From: a virus
Virus record (IMG/VR): IMGVR_UViG_3300032245_001127
Length of the DNA: 64,000 bases
Direction: 5' to 3' (one strand)
How positions within the stretch are numbered: the first letter of the stretch is position 1; each line of letters starts with the position of its first letter. This document shows positions 27,215 through 36,820 of the stretch, piece by piece. A program made the position numbers and the translations under genes. Below the pieces are notes generated by a model that was not told where the DNA came from, did not search any database, and saw only the letters and a list, made by a program, of their open reading frames with translations.

Positions 27215-28162
27215 TTATTTCCATTTGCATCGTTTCATTATCTCGGTAAGTGCTGCCATTTTATTAATTTCGTGGTCAGCCACAAATGCTGCTCGATGTT
27301 GATATTCAGCGAGAATAAGAACTAAGTCTGGCAGTGTGTCAAGTATAATGTAAGATTGTGATTTGTTAAATATGTCGCTAAACAATTGAGTAGATTCTAT
27401 ATCTGAATTTGTAGCAACCCACTCTCTCATTTTTTTCCATTCTCTATTCTTTAATAAATGAAATAAATCTTTGTAAGAATCATCTGAAAGATTTACGAGA
27501 ATACCTGTATCTATTTTACCAGCGACTGAATATCTTTGTAATTCATTTAATACTCTACGAAAATCAGGAAAATGTTTTTCGATTAATACCGCAACTACTT
27601 TAGAATCGAAAGATATCTTTTCACTATCAAGAATATTCTTTACTCTTTTAAAGAAAGAAGTACATATAACTGGTTTTTGCTCGTTGGGTATTTTAAATTC
27701 AATGACTGAACATCTTGAATGAAGTGGTTCTATAATTCTATTTTTAAAATTACAAGTAAAAATAAATCTACAATTAGATGAAAACTCTTCAATAAAGGCA
27801 CGAAGTGCAGGTTGTGTGCTATTAGGATTTAAATAATCTGCTTCATCCAATATAACTATTTTTTTAGAATCAGTAAGAGATACACTTGATGCGAATGATT
27901 TAATTTTAGTTCTAAGAACATCAATACCTGACTCTTCAGAACCATTGATTAATAGGTATTCAGCACCAATCTCGTTGCATAGTGCTTTTGCCACTGTCGT
28001 TTTACCAACACCAGCACCACCACAGAATAGAAAGTTTGGTAGCTGTCCGTCTTTAATAAATTGTTTAAATGTTAATTTAAGTGATTCTGGAAGAATACAA
28101 TCGTCAATCTTATTCGGACGATATTTCTCTACCCATAAAAATTGATTTTCTGCTGTTATCAT
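27215..28162 (-). CDS. gp44: Clamp loader large subunit
   Basis: WVEKYRP, GGAGVGKTT, DEAD, LHSRC. Confidence 0.96.
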   Translation of the reverse strand: MITAENQFLWVEKYRPNKIDDCILPESLKLTFKQFIKDGQLPNFLFCGGAGVGKTTVAKALCNEIGAEYLLINGSEESGIDVLRTKIKSFASSVSLTDSKKIVILDEADYLNPNSTQPALRAFIEEFSSNCRFIFTCNFKNRIIEPLHSRCSVIEFKIPNEQKPVICTSFFKRVKNILDSEKISFDSKVVAVLIEKHFPDFRRVLNELQRYSVAGKIDTGILVNLSDDSYKDLFHLLKNREWKKMREWVATNSDIESTQLFSDIFNKSQSYIILDTLPDLVLILAEYQHRAAFVADHEINKMAALTEIMKRCKWK

Positions 28163-28187
28163 AATAAAAATATTTCACGTTGTATTA

Positions 28188-28205
28188 TGGGGGAAGAATC
28201 CCCCA
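28188..28205 (-). terminator. GC-rich hairpin between gp45 and gp44
   Basis: TGGGGG-ATTCTT-CCCCCA; no clear U tail, so possibly a processing or stability stem. Confidence 0.4.
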
Positions 28206-28211
28206 CAAGAG

Positions 28212-28880
28212 TTACTTACCGATTACTGAATCAGATTCAATAGCAACATAATAATTCAAGTCGCCTTTTGTAGCTGAGAATTTAGATATTTTTTTATTAT
28301 CTACTGATACTTTATAATCAGTAATTACCATTTTTAAATTCTCTACTTTTATATTTACTTTGAACTCTGAAGAAACAGTTCCTAGATCTAGAATAAAGTT
28401 ATTCGCAGTTGCATTTTTCTTATCTCCGACAACAACTGACAATTTACCTTTCGCACCAATAATAGCGATATCTGGTGATCTTAATATTCCAGCAGTTTTA
28501 ATAATCATCTCTAATTGAGATGCACTAATATTAAAAGATATATCTTCATTTACTGGCAGACTATCTTTAGATGGAACTGCAAGCATTTCTGGAGCAGCAG
28601 CAAAAAATTTAATTTTTTGATTGCCTTTCTCAATAGTGCAGTACTTTTCTGAAAAATTTACTTCAGGATCTTCAAATAGTGTATATGCTGATAAAAAATC
28701 ATTTAATTCATATATACCGAATGAACCATCAATCGGAAGTGTTTCAGCTATCTTGGCAGATGCCATCACATTTTTCTGCGCAGAAATAGTTGTTATTCTA
28801 TTTCCTTGTTTCAAAAGTAAGTTTGAATTGATTCCAGCAAAGTTTTTTAATACTGCTAGAGTTTCTTTACTTATTTTCAT
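28212..28880 (-). CDS. gp45: Sliding clamp
   Basis: LKNFAGIN, FGIYELNDFL, YYVAIE; start reassigned after SD GGAG. Confidence 0.93.
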   Translation of the reverse strand: MKISKETLAVLKNFAGINSNLLLKQGNRITTISAQKNVMASAKIAETLPIDGSFGIYELNDFLSAYTLFEDPEVNFSEKYCTIEKGNQKIKFFAAAPEMLAVPSKDSLPVNEDISFNISASQLEMIIKTAGILRSPDIAIIGAKGKLSVVVGDKKNATANNFILDLGTVSSEFKVNIKVENLKMVITDYKVSVDNKKISKFSATKGDLNYYVAIESDSVIGK

Positions 28881-29154
28881 TTTTTCTCCCATTATTTAAG
28901 TTAGCATCATGCACCGATAATGCAATCAATGCATAGTGTAAGACCTTTAAAAGATCTTTACGATTATGTCCATCTTTTATTCCATACCTTTGACAGTATT
29001 TTAAAACATTGCCTAGAGCGAACCCCATGCCATGCCCACAATCAATGATGAACTCTGTTGATTGAAACTTGTTTTTAGAATAGTGACCTTTATATGTTGA
29101 GTCAACATATTCTTTTAATTCTTTAATTAACTTATCTTCATTAAACTTATACAT
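28867..29154 (-). CDS. DUF3310-like protein
   Basis: TYKGHYS..GFALGNVLKY..RYG.KDG..DLLKVLHY. Confidence 0.75.
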   Translation of the reverse strand: MYKFNEDKLIKELKEYVDSTYKGHYSKNKFQSTEFIIDCGHGMGFALGNVLKYCQRYGIKDGHNRKDLLKVLHYALIALSVHDANLNNGRKNENK

Positions 29155-29252
29155 AAAAAATATTATACTATAATTAATCTTGTAAAGAAAGCAAGGCGAC
29201 TAAACTAACTAAAAGGAAAGAGTAAAAAATCGCCTTGCAATATTAATGTAAA

Positions 29253-29645
29253 TTAAGATACTTGTGCTCTTGTATTTACGTTAATTCCATTTGTAGCAAG
29301 ATCTGAAAAGAACTTCTTATCATCTTCAGAATTTACTGCTTTTGTTGGCATTGCCGACAAAGTATTTTTCAGATTGCTTAACTGTGCAGACTTAATAACT
29401 GTCTCTTTATTCAATCCTTTAGCAGGAAAGAAATAAACTCCTGGACGAATTTTATTAGTCTTGAATAACCAATTCGGATAACCAATTCTTGCACTGTCAG
29501 CTTTACGATTTTTTAGTAATTGCATATGTGCATAATAACAGTCTTTGCCTGTAATTACACCAGTTTTTGCAAGATTTGGCAGTACAGTTAGCACTGCGTC
29601 CACCCATCTTTTTTGGGCTGGACTTGCGGTATCAAACGTTATCAT
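29253..29645 (-). CDS. Hypothetical protein, possibly winged helix
   Basis: SD AGGAG; YPNWL..RPGVYFFP. Confidence 0.6.
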   Translation of the reverse strand: MITFDTASPAQKRWVDAVLTVLPNLAKTGVITGKDCYYAHMQLLKNRKADSARIGYPNWLFKTNKIRPGVYFFPAKGLNKETVIKSAQLSNLKNTLSAMPTKAVNSEDDKKFFSDLATNGINVNTRAQVS

Positions 29646-29652
29646 TTTTCTC

Positions 29653-30813
29653 CTATACGTTTATTGTTGTTACATTTTCTGCAGAAGTTTCTGCAGTCAC
29701 CTTTGCGACAGAAGTATCTTCACCAGAAGACACTTTGTCATAAAGATCATTAAATGCTAATCTTGTAGCATCATCAAATCTATTAGTACATAATTCAATA
29801 GATTTTTTAATATCTTTGAATACTGAGAATGCTCTCACTATATGCACTAATCTTCTAGTAGTAATTGTTTCATCAACCCCACCAGAGTCAAATGTTTTAC
29901 GAATGACATCAGCCCACTTAACTAACGTCTCAGCAAACTTATCATTCTTACATTTATATGCATTCATTAAATTTTTAACGATTTTAATTTCAATAGATGC
30001 ACTTGGATATGCTTGATTAAATGTTACAGCAAATCTTTCAAGGAATGCTTCATTCAAAACATTAGTACCAATATATCTACCATCTTCTGAACCCTTACCC
30101 TTAGTGTTCGCAGTAGCAAATATATTGAATCCTTTTTGTGGAACTATTATTTCATTCTTTAATTTAAAGTAAAATGGCTTACCCTCTAAGATCGGTTGTA
30201 AACACAATAAAGTATTCGCAGCACCAGCATCAATCTCATCTAATAAAAGAGGGATACCCAATCTCATCGCAATCACGATCGGTCCTTCAACAATATCAAT
30301 ATTTCCATTTACAAGAGTTTTAGAACCGATCAGCTGATCTTCGTCAGTCATCGTATTCAAATTAATTCTAATTAATGGAATTTTATGCTTTGCGCAAATT
30401 TGTTCAATCGATGTCGATTTACCATTACCTGTCGGTCCAGAAATAAACGTTGGATAAAAAGACTTAGATGTAATGATAGTTTCTAAATCTTTATAGTTAC
30501 CAAATGGAACGTAATTCTCATCTCTCACAGGAATTAAAGATTTAGGATCTAAATTGATTTGTTCAGATTTTAAATTTTTAGCAACTGAAGATATAGTGCT
30601 TGTTACAGCATTCGATACACTTTTAAGAGGAATTAAATACGCACCTCTTCCAGTTTTTTGGGCTTTCACCCATTTATAAACTTCAGATTTATTATCAAAA
30701 TCAGCATTTTTAAAAACTTTAACGATTTGAGCCCAAGTAAATTTGCCCTCGTCGCTTTTATAAGATTTATGTAGAGACTCTACAAACTTAGTTATATTCA
30801 CATCATTCATCAT
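29653..30813 (-). CDS. cobS: CobS-like MoxR AAA+ ATPase
   Basis: GPTGNGKS, LLLDEID, ATANTKGKG, EAFLERF, TTRRL. Confidence 0.9.
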   Translation of the reverse strand: MMNDVNITKFVESLHKSYKSDEGKFTWAQIVKVFKNADFDNKSEVYKWVKAQKTGRGAYLIPLKSVSNAVTSTISSVAKNLKSEQINLDPKSLIPVRDENYVPFGNYKDLETIITSKSFYPTFISGPTGNGKSTSIEQICAKHKIPLIRINLNTMTDEDQLIGSKTLVNGNIDIVEGPIVIAMRLGIPLLLDEIDAGAANTLLCLQPILEGKPFYFKLKNEIIVPQKGFNIFATANTKGKGSEDGRYIGTNVLNEAFLERFAVTFNQAYPSASIEIKIVKNLMNAYKCKNDKFAETLVKWADVIRKTFDSGGVDETITTRRLVHIVRAFSVFKDIKKSIELCTNRFDDATRLAFNDLYDKVSSGEDTSVAKVTAETSAENVTTINV

Positions 30814-30865
30814 ATATTTTCCTTTTTTTTAGTTATTATTCATATATTATAGCATATTTTATCAA

Positions 30866-30915
30866 AAAAGTATATACTTCTGGAAAATAAAAAAGATATA
30901 TATTTCAATGACTTA
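30866..30915. repeat. 50-bp promoter-associated direct repeat, copy 1
   Basis: 47/50 identical to 33579-33628. Confidence 0.9.
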
Positions 30916-31086
30916 CAACTTTTTATTGTCATAATCTTCCTTATTTTCGTGATTTTTTGATAAAATTTTGTTTATTTTAGCTGGAGTTGTGATTGCATCA
31001 GTAACAGTTATGTTATACGATCCAACATTAAAAATCACAGGACCAAAACAATTTGATAATAATAAAAATAATAACATATATTTCAT
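30913..31086 (-). CDS. Small lipoprotein (57 aa, not in track)
   Basis: MKYMLLFLLLSNC lipobox-like; ATGA overlap. Confidence 0.55.
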   Translation of the reverse strand: MKYMLLFLLLSNCFGPVIFNVGSYNITVTDAITTPAKINKILSKNHENKEDYDNKKL

Positions 31087-31397
31087 AGATATGATAAGCT
31101 GTCTTTATGGGACATTAAAACTTCAACACGATCCATTACCCATTTATCATATATTGGTAAATTTCTTGTATTTTTGCCATCCCAATTTCTAAACGTTTCA
31201 TCAAAAAAATTTACTTCTAAAGTTAAGTCTTTTGAAGATTCTATTTCAAATTTATTTTGAGCGTCGATTAAATTTAATTTCCATCTATCAAATATCGAAT
31301 CTTCAACTAATGATTCATTTTTAATCCAATATAAATGAGAATGTACCAATATTTTGGCTCTCAATTCTCTAATTAGATCTATTAAAATTTTATTCAT
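31083..31397 (-). CDS. Stand-alone LigA domain Ia-like protein
   Basis: ELRAKILVHSHLYWIKNESLVEDSIFD matches the N-terminal subdomain pattern of NAD-dependent ligases. Confidence 0.6.
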   Translation of the reverse strand: MNKILIDLIRELRAKILVHSHLYWIKNESLVEDSIFDRWKLNLIDAQNKFEIESSKDLTLEVNFFDETFRNWDGKNTRNLPIYDKWVMDRVEVLMSHKDSLSYL

Positions 31398-33547
31398 TAT
31401 GCAACCTTTGCAGCAAATTTATTTAATAAAACTCTACTTGTTCTATTTGTTTTTAGCATTGAAGTGAAAGACTTAGCAATTTGGTTATTAGTTTTTGCTT
31501 TACCAGATGATATTGCTTGTTCAACTGTTATAGTTTGCATTTTCATTTTAGATAATGGAACGATATAATATTCATCAAAAGAACCAAAATTTTTTAATAC
31601 AGAACAACCTTGTTCTTTAAAATCTTTTTTAATTTCTAAAGACATTTCATGAGATTCTCGGTCGCTCATCGGCACACCAGTAACATTATGCATAAATCTA
31701 GATATTCCTCTTAGAGAGTTATTACTTACTAGATTAAAAGATAATGTTACTAATCCTGGATTAGAATCTTTTAATAAAGATAATAAATTAGTTGTTTGGT
31801 TTCCTTGAGAATCGCTATAATGACTTGTCATATAATATTTTTTATTATTATGAGTTAAAAATAATTTATTAGTTTTCATTGTACATGTCGTAGTGTCGTA
31901 AGTAGATGAAGTATAATTAAAAGGTGATAATGAATGTCCTTCGCCATCAGTCAGTGTAATTAAAGTCATTTTTTCAGCTTTAAAAGAATTTCTAAATTTA
32001 GGAAGATAGTCAATCATATAATATAAAGATTCATTTAATGGTGTACTTGCTAAATTATAATTCGGCACCCATTGATATGGTTTTGCCATTAAAAGAGAAA
32101 CCATACTATATAATTCTTTTTTATTCATTTTAGAAGTAAATAATTCAACTAGATTAAACCATCCTAATTCAAATTTTGACCAGTCTGGTGTTGTTGCTGA
32201 TTGTAGTTTTTTTTGCTCTTTTAATTCTTTAAATTTTTTATAGTCTTCTGTATTATCAGTTCCATTTGTAAATGCTAATACTTGAAATGGAATATTTACT
32301 TGATGACAAAACAGCACTAGAATAACTGTTTGCTTAATTACATCATCAAGACAAGCACTCATAGAACCAGACCAATCTACTAGCATTATCATTCCATGTT
32401 GTTTGCCTTTTGGCAATACTTCTATAGATTTAAATAATTCATCTTTAATTTTATATGCATATAATTTTTTAATATCAATTTGACCTGTTTTATGCGATTT
32501 TGTTTTATAATATGCATTTGCTGCTTTTTTCATTTCAAATTCTTTAACAAGATAATTTACTTCTTTTTTACAATCATCTAAAAACTTTTTACTAGCAGTT
32601 TCACCTTGAGATAACTTATCTCTAATATATTGTGAAGAACTATATGGATTGTTTGCATCTTTTAATGTAGAAGTAACATAAGAATTTATTTCTTTAATAA
32701 AATCTTTATATGAAATAATTGGATTGTATTTTAATGACTCAGTAGTATATGGAATGTTAATGTAATTAGTATTAACATTAGCACGATCGCGCAATTTAGA
32801 ATCTAAAGATTTTTGAGTTTTAGGTAACATATCATCTTCATTATTAGAAGAAATATCTTTAGATGAACAACCATCGCTTTCAATTCCTGATTCAATGTCT
32901 TCAGTCAATGAAGCAATTAAAGCATCTTGTTTAGCATCATTACTATCTTCTTCTGAACCATATTGAGCAGTTAATAATTCTATTGCTTTTTCTTTTTTAA
33001 CTCTTTGAATTTTAGCAAAATTTATAATCTCATTTGCAAGTTTATAAACGTCATCCAAAGTTTTACATCTATCAACCGCATGTACGTATTTTAATTCTTC
33101 GTTTGTAAATTTTACACCACAGTTATAACCAGCTTTATAGTATAAATTAATTCTATCGATTAAATTAAGTTTAGATAAATCTTTACCTTTAATTCCAAAA
33201 AAGTCTTTATCTTGTAATTCTTTATATGCAGATAAAAAAGTTTTTTTCAGTCCAGGATATTCTTTTTGAATGCCTTTCTCAATACGAACATCTTCAATCA
33301 CATTCATATATGAATGAAGAGTAACATCATCACCAATTTTTTTAGTATATTTTCCTGAAGTATAAAGAGCATGACCAACTTCGTGACCGATCAGCATTTC
33401 TTCTACGATCGGTGATAAATCTTTCCATGTTGGTAATGTTAATGTGCGAGATTCAATATCAAAAGATGCAGTAGATGCAGAACCACGAACGATATTAATA
33501 TCCTCTTTAGCGAGTAACTTAGCAATTAAATCTTTATAATTAATCAT
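31397..33547 (-). CDS. CobT-like metallopeptidase-VWA protein
   Basis: HEVGH, NVIEDVRIE, MIDAS DWSGS, LTDGE. Confidence 0.85.
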   Translation of the reverse strand: MINYKDLIAKLLAKEDINIVRGSASTASFDIESRTLTLPTWKDLSPIVEEMLIGHEVGHALYTSGKYTKKIGDDVTLHSYMNVIEDVRIEKGIQKEYPGLKKTFLSAYKELQDKDFFGIKGKDLSKLNLIDRINLYYKAGYNCGVKFTNEELKYVHAVDRCKTLDDVYKLANEIINFAKIQRVKKEKAIELLTAQYGSEEDSNDAKQDALIASLTEDIESGIESDGCSSKDISSNNEDDMLPKTQKSLDSKLRDRANVNTNYINIPYTTESLKYNPIISYKDFIKEINSYVTSTLKDANNPYSSSQYIRDKLSQGETASKKFLDDCKKEVNYLVKEFEMKKAANAYYKTKSHKTGQIDIKKLYAYKIKDELFKSIEVLPKGKQHGMIMLVDWSGSMSACLDDVIKQTVILVLFCHQVNIPFQVLAFTNGTDNTEDYKKFKELKEQKKLQSATTPDWSKFELGWFNLVELFTSKMNKKELYSMVSLLMAKPYQWVPNYNLASTPLNESLYYMIDYLPKFRNSFKAEKMTLITLTDGEGHSLSPFNYTSSTYDTTTCTMKTNKLFLTHNNKKYYMTSHYSDSQGNQTTNLLSLLKDSNPGLVTLSFNLVSNNSLRGISRFMHNVTGVPMSDRESHEMSLEIKKDFKEQGCSVLKNFGSFDEYYIVPLSKMKMQTITVEQAISSGKAKTNNQIAKSFTSMLKTNRTSRVLLNKFAAKVA

Positions 33548-33578
33548 ATATACCGACTATTGTACTATAAAACCCTCT

Positions 33579-33628
33579 AAAAGTATATACTTCTGGAAAA
33601 TAAAAAACGTATATATTTCAGTGACTTA
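33579..33628. repeat. 50-bp promoter-associated direct repeat, copy 2
   Basis: 47/50 identical to 30866-30915. Confidence 0.9.
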
Positions 33629-33659
33629 GTTTAAATAGTTAAAGTGGTCATTCTATAAA

Positions 33660-33836
33660 TTAGCTAAAAAATGAATTTTCATTCATTCCAAACCATATTT
33701 CTTGACCATTTAAAAAATCATTAATTGTTTCGAGTGGGATATTTTCTACCGAAGATGCGTCGGCAATTGTACAAAGATACTCAGCTGTATTTGAGTCTAT
33801 GTCTTTATGTGAAGTGTAATTAAAATATAACGACAC
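33660..33836 (-). CDS. Small acidic protein (58 aa, GTG start, not in track)
   Basis: SD GGAG 9 nt upstream of GTG; fills an otherwise empty gap. Confidence 0.45.
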   Translation of the reverse strand: MSLYFNYTSHKDIDSNTAEYLCTIADASSVENIPLETINDFLNGQEIWFGMNENSFFS

Positions 33837-34011
33837 TGATAATTACTCCAAGAATAATACCTGCAAAAAACCATTTTCCACCAGCTACAAATCCAGCCCA
33901 AAATGCTTCTTTTTCTTTTTTTGCTTTCGCTTCGGCAATAAATCTTTGTTTGATTTTATCGTGTTTACTTTCTAAACTTCTTTTTGTATTCATTATATAA
34001 GGATAGTCCAT
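33820..34011 (-). CDS. Small protein with C-terminal TM segment
   Basis: Follows the promoter at 34019-34047. Confidence 0.55.
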   Translation of the reverse strand: MDYPYIMNTKRSLESKHDKIKQRFIAEAKAKKEKEAFWAGFVAGGKWFFAGIILGVIISVVIF

Positions 34012-34047
34012 ATTACATATTATATATTATTAAATCTTGGAAGGCAA

Positions 34048-34830
34048 CTATTCAGCTTTTAGTATTGGTCTTAAACGTCCTTCTCCTGTATAGCTTTTTT
34101 CTGTTACCATTTTACGAATTTGTCTATCCATTCGTTTTAAAGCCAAATCTAATTTAAGTTTTCCAACTCTTTGAGTAAAATCTATTCCTAACATATGATC
34201 GTATTCATGTTGAAAAACTCTTGCTACATATCCGTTATATTGTGTTATAACCTCTTCATTTTTAAAAGTTCTATATTTAACTTTAATTGATTCAGGTCTC
34301 GTAATTTTTAACCAAAGTCCTGGACGAGAAAGACATCCTTCTTCCATCATTGAAGTTTCTACTGATGATTCTATAATTTCTGGATTAAATACTGCAAAGT
34401 GATGATTTTCTACAACTGTAAGAACAAATACTTTAGCATCTACTCCTATTTGATTTGCTGATAAACCAGCACCACCAAGTTCTTTTGAAATTTTAATTAA
34501 TAAAATTCCTAGTTGTGCTGCTTCTTCAACAGTCTTCTTTTCAAAATCCCATAATGAACAAGGTTTCTTTAAAAGTGGGTGGTTCCAATGTATCAATCCA
34601 CCTTTAGTTTGAATAGGAGAAATTATATTTTTACCATCGCTCGTTTGAATAATATCAACAGGAACTTCTATTGGTTTTTGTTTTTCTGGAGTTGGGGTTG
34701 GAGTTGGTGTTTCAATTTTAGTAACTCTTTCATCAAAACTTTCTTCAACTATTGGTAATTTTCTTTTTGGTGCAATGGGATTGCCATTCTCATCAACTTC
34801 ATTCCATTGTGCTTCTATGATATCGCTCAT
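34048..34830 (-). CDS. def: Peptide deformylase
   Basis: GAGLSANQIG, EGCLS, QHEYDH. Confidence 0.93.
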   Translation of the reverse strand: MSDIIEAQWNEVDENGNPIAPKRKLPIVEESFDERVTKIETPTPTPTPEKQKPIEVPVDIIQTSDGKNIISPIQTKGGLIHWNHPLLKKPCSLWDFEKKTVEEAAQLGILLIKISKELGGAGLSANQIGVDAKVFVLTVVENHHFAVFNPEIIESSVETSMMEEGCLSRPGLWLKITRPESIKVKYRTFKNEEVITQYNGYVARVFQHEYDHMLGIDFTQRVGKLKLDLALKRMDRQIRKMVTEKSYTGEGRLRPILKAE

Positions 34831-35066
34831 TCTTTTATTCCTAATTCTTTACATATACGTTTATATTCATGTTTCATATTATGTAATTGTAGTTTTCTTT
34901 TTTCGTTTTCAGGTGTTGTTCTTTTACTTTCTTTCACCCAAGATTCTAACATTTTTAATTTAAACACCAAATGTGCGTGTTTATCTTTTAATAAACGTTT
35001 TGTCTTGGCTGGGTTTTGCTGATCGTTCTCTTTTCGAGAATTTATTTTTTTAGATTTTTTTCTCAT
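34827..35066 (-). CDS. Basic hypothetical protein
   Basis: Tightly packed between gp46 and def. Confidence 0.55.
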   Translation of the reverse strand: MRKKSKKINSRKENDQQNPAKTKRLLKDKHAHLVFKLKMLESWVKESKRTTPENEKRKLQLHNMKHEYKRICKELGIKE

Positions 35067-35067
35067 A

Positions 35068-36780
35068 TTATACGTTTACGATTGTAGAGAAGTCATTTTT
35101 CTTCTCGAATTTAATAGTACCTTGAAATTTTTCAATCAAAGTATCGCCTTTATGGCTAATTACAAATACGTTGACTTGAGAATCCATTTGAGAGATTAAG
35201 TTTAAGAAATAATCAGTCCCAGCTGAATCCAATGATGAGTCAAATATTTCATCAAGTATCAATAAACTTGTATTAATACTATTCTTCATTTTCGCAATCT
35301 GTCGCCATGTAAACAAAATCGCCAAGTCTATACGCATCTTTTCACCCTCTGAAAAACTGTCATAAGTAAATTCATCTCTGTGTCTTGAACGTATAGTCTC
35401 GTTGAAGTTCTCATCTAATTCAAAATGGACGAAAAAATCCATTGCTTGTAAATATTTATTGATTAGTTTATTCATTACTGGTAAATACTTTCGAATAATT
35501 GCAGTTTTAACACCAGTATCTTGTAGTAATATTTTAGAAGCACTTTCTATCTCTGATTGTTTAAGTAATTCAGTTCTCGCATTTACTTGTTCTAATGCAT
35601 TTTTAGCAAGTTCTTTTAATTTTTCTTTCTGTTTTTCTACACTATTATCTGATGTAGAAATAGAATTTTTTTCTTCTAATAAATCATCAATTGAGGTTTG
35701 GATTAAACTAATGCTTGAAGTATAATTAGATACTTCGCTCGTACACTCGTTTATTTTAATATTTGTTCTTTTAATTTCTTTTAATTTCTCACCAATAGCA
35801 GCAAATGCTTCAACTATTTTATGAGCACGAAGTTCTATATCAGCACGATCTTTAGAAAGTTTATTAATTGCGTTTTCTTTTGCTGCTATTAATTGGTCGC
35901 ACGTTGGACAAGTATCATTATTTTCAAAAAATTCTATTTTTTCATTTAATTGCTCTACTTTACTCTCATTTTTTGCGATTAATGATTTTGCTTTTTCAAA
36001 TCTATCATATACTACATCTTCTTCTTCAATAGATTTCTTATATTCGCTAATTCGATTATTACAATCAATAATTTGTTTCTTAATTGATTCTATTTGCTCA
36101 TTATATTTGAGTATTTTATTATCTATTTTTTCTACAGTCTCTGTTTTAGTTACTGAAAGATTATCTATAATTGCTTGTTGTGCGTTTGCTGCAGCACGAG
36201 CAATCTCAATATTTTTATTTGCTTCGCTTAATGATTCTTTGGTTTCAAACATCTTAGATTTAAGAACTTCATTCATCTTACTGAATATTCCTATATCTAA
36301 AATATCTTCAATAACTAATCTACGATGATAAGGAATTAATTGCATAAATGGAACATAAGAAGCAGATCCGAGTATGCATACTTGACAAAAAGTTCTGTAA
36401 TTAATCTTTAAAATTTGTTCTTCAATAATTTTTTGATAATCGCTTACAGCTGCAGTTTGATTTTGTAATACGTCATTCTCATAAAAAGCAAATTTATTTG
36501 GCTTAATTGAACGATATATTCTATAAGAAATTGTTCCTGAAGTAAATTCTATTTCTACTTCTGCGTTTTTACCATTAATTGTATTTACTAATTGTGCTTT
36601 TTTAACTTGACGAAATGGTTCACCAAATAAAGCGAATGTGAGTGCATCAAGTATTGTAGATTTACCATCTCCATTTTTACCAATAATTAATGTTGTACGG
36701 AAACGATCTAGTTGAACTTCGTTCCAAACATTACCAGTAGATAAAAAATTACGCCATTTTAATTTACGAAAAACTATCAT
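35068..36780 (-). CDS. gp46: Recombination nuclease, SMC/Rad50-like subunit
   Basis: GKNGDGKS, CPTC hook, FSEGE, LDEIFD. Confidence 0.95.
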   Translation of the reverse strand: MIVFRKLKWRNFLSTGNVWNEVQLDRFRTTLIIGKNGDGKSTILDALTFALFGEPFRQVKKAQLVNTINGKNAEVEIEFTSGTISYRIYRSIKPNKFAFYENDVLQNQTAAVSDYQKIIEEQILKINYRTFCQVCILGSASYVPFMQLIPYHRRLVIEDILDIGIFSKMNEVLKSKMFETKESLSEANKNIEIARAAANAQQAIIDNLSVTKTETVEKIDNKILKYNEQIESIKKQIIDCNNRISEYKKSIEEEDVVYDRFEKAKSLIAKNESKVEQLNEKIEFFENNDTCPTCDQLIAAKENAINKLSKDRADIELRAHKIVEAFAAIGEKLKEIKRTNIKINECTSEVSNYTSSISLIQTSIDDLLEEKNSISTSDNSVEKQKEKLKELAKNALEQVNARTELLKQSEIESASKILLQDTGVKTAIIRKYLPVMNKLINKYLQAMDFFVHFELDENFNETIRSRHRDEFTYDSFSEGEKMRIDLAILFTWRQIAKMKNSINTSLLILDEIFDSSLDSAGTDYFLNLISQMDSQVNVFVISHKGDTLIEKFQGTIKFEKKNDFSTIVNV

Positions 36781-36820
36781 ATAAGAGGAGTATTATACCC
36801 TAATTTGTTTTGCAAGTATA

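Noticed and set aside
29653-33547. Cobalamin biosynthesis role for CobS/CobT
   Set aside because: No cobN or other cob genes; a MoxR/VWA chaperone pair typical of T4-like phages is the simpler reading
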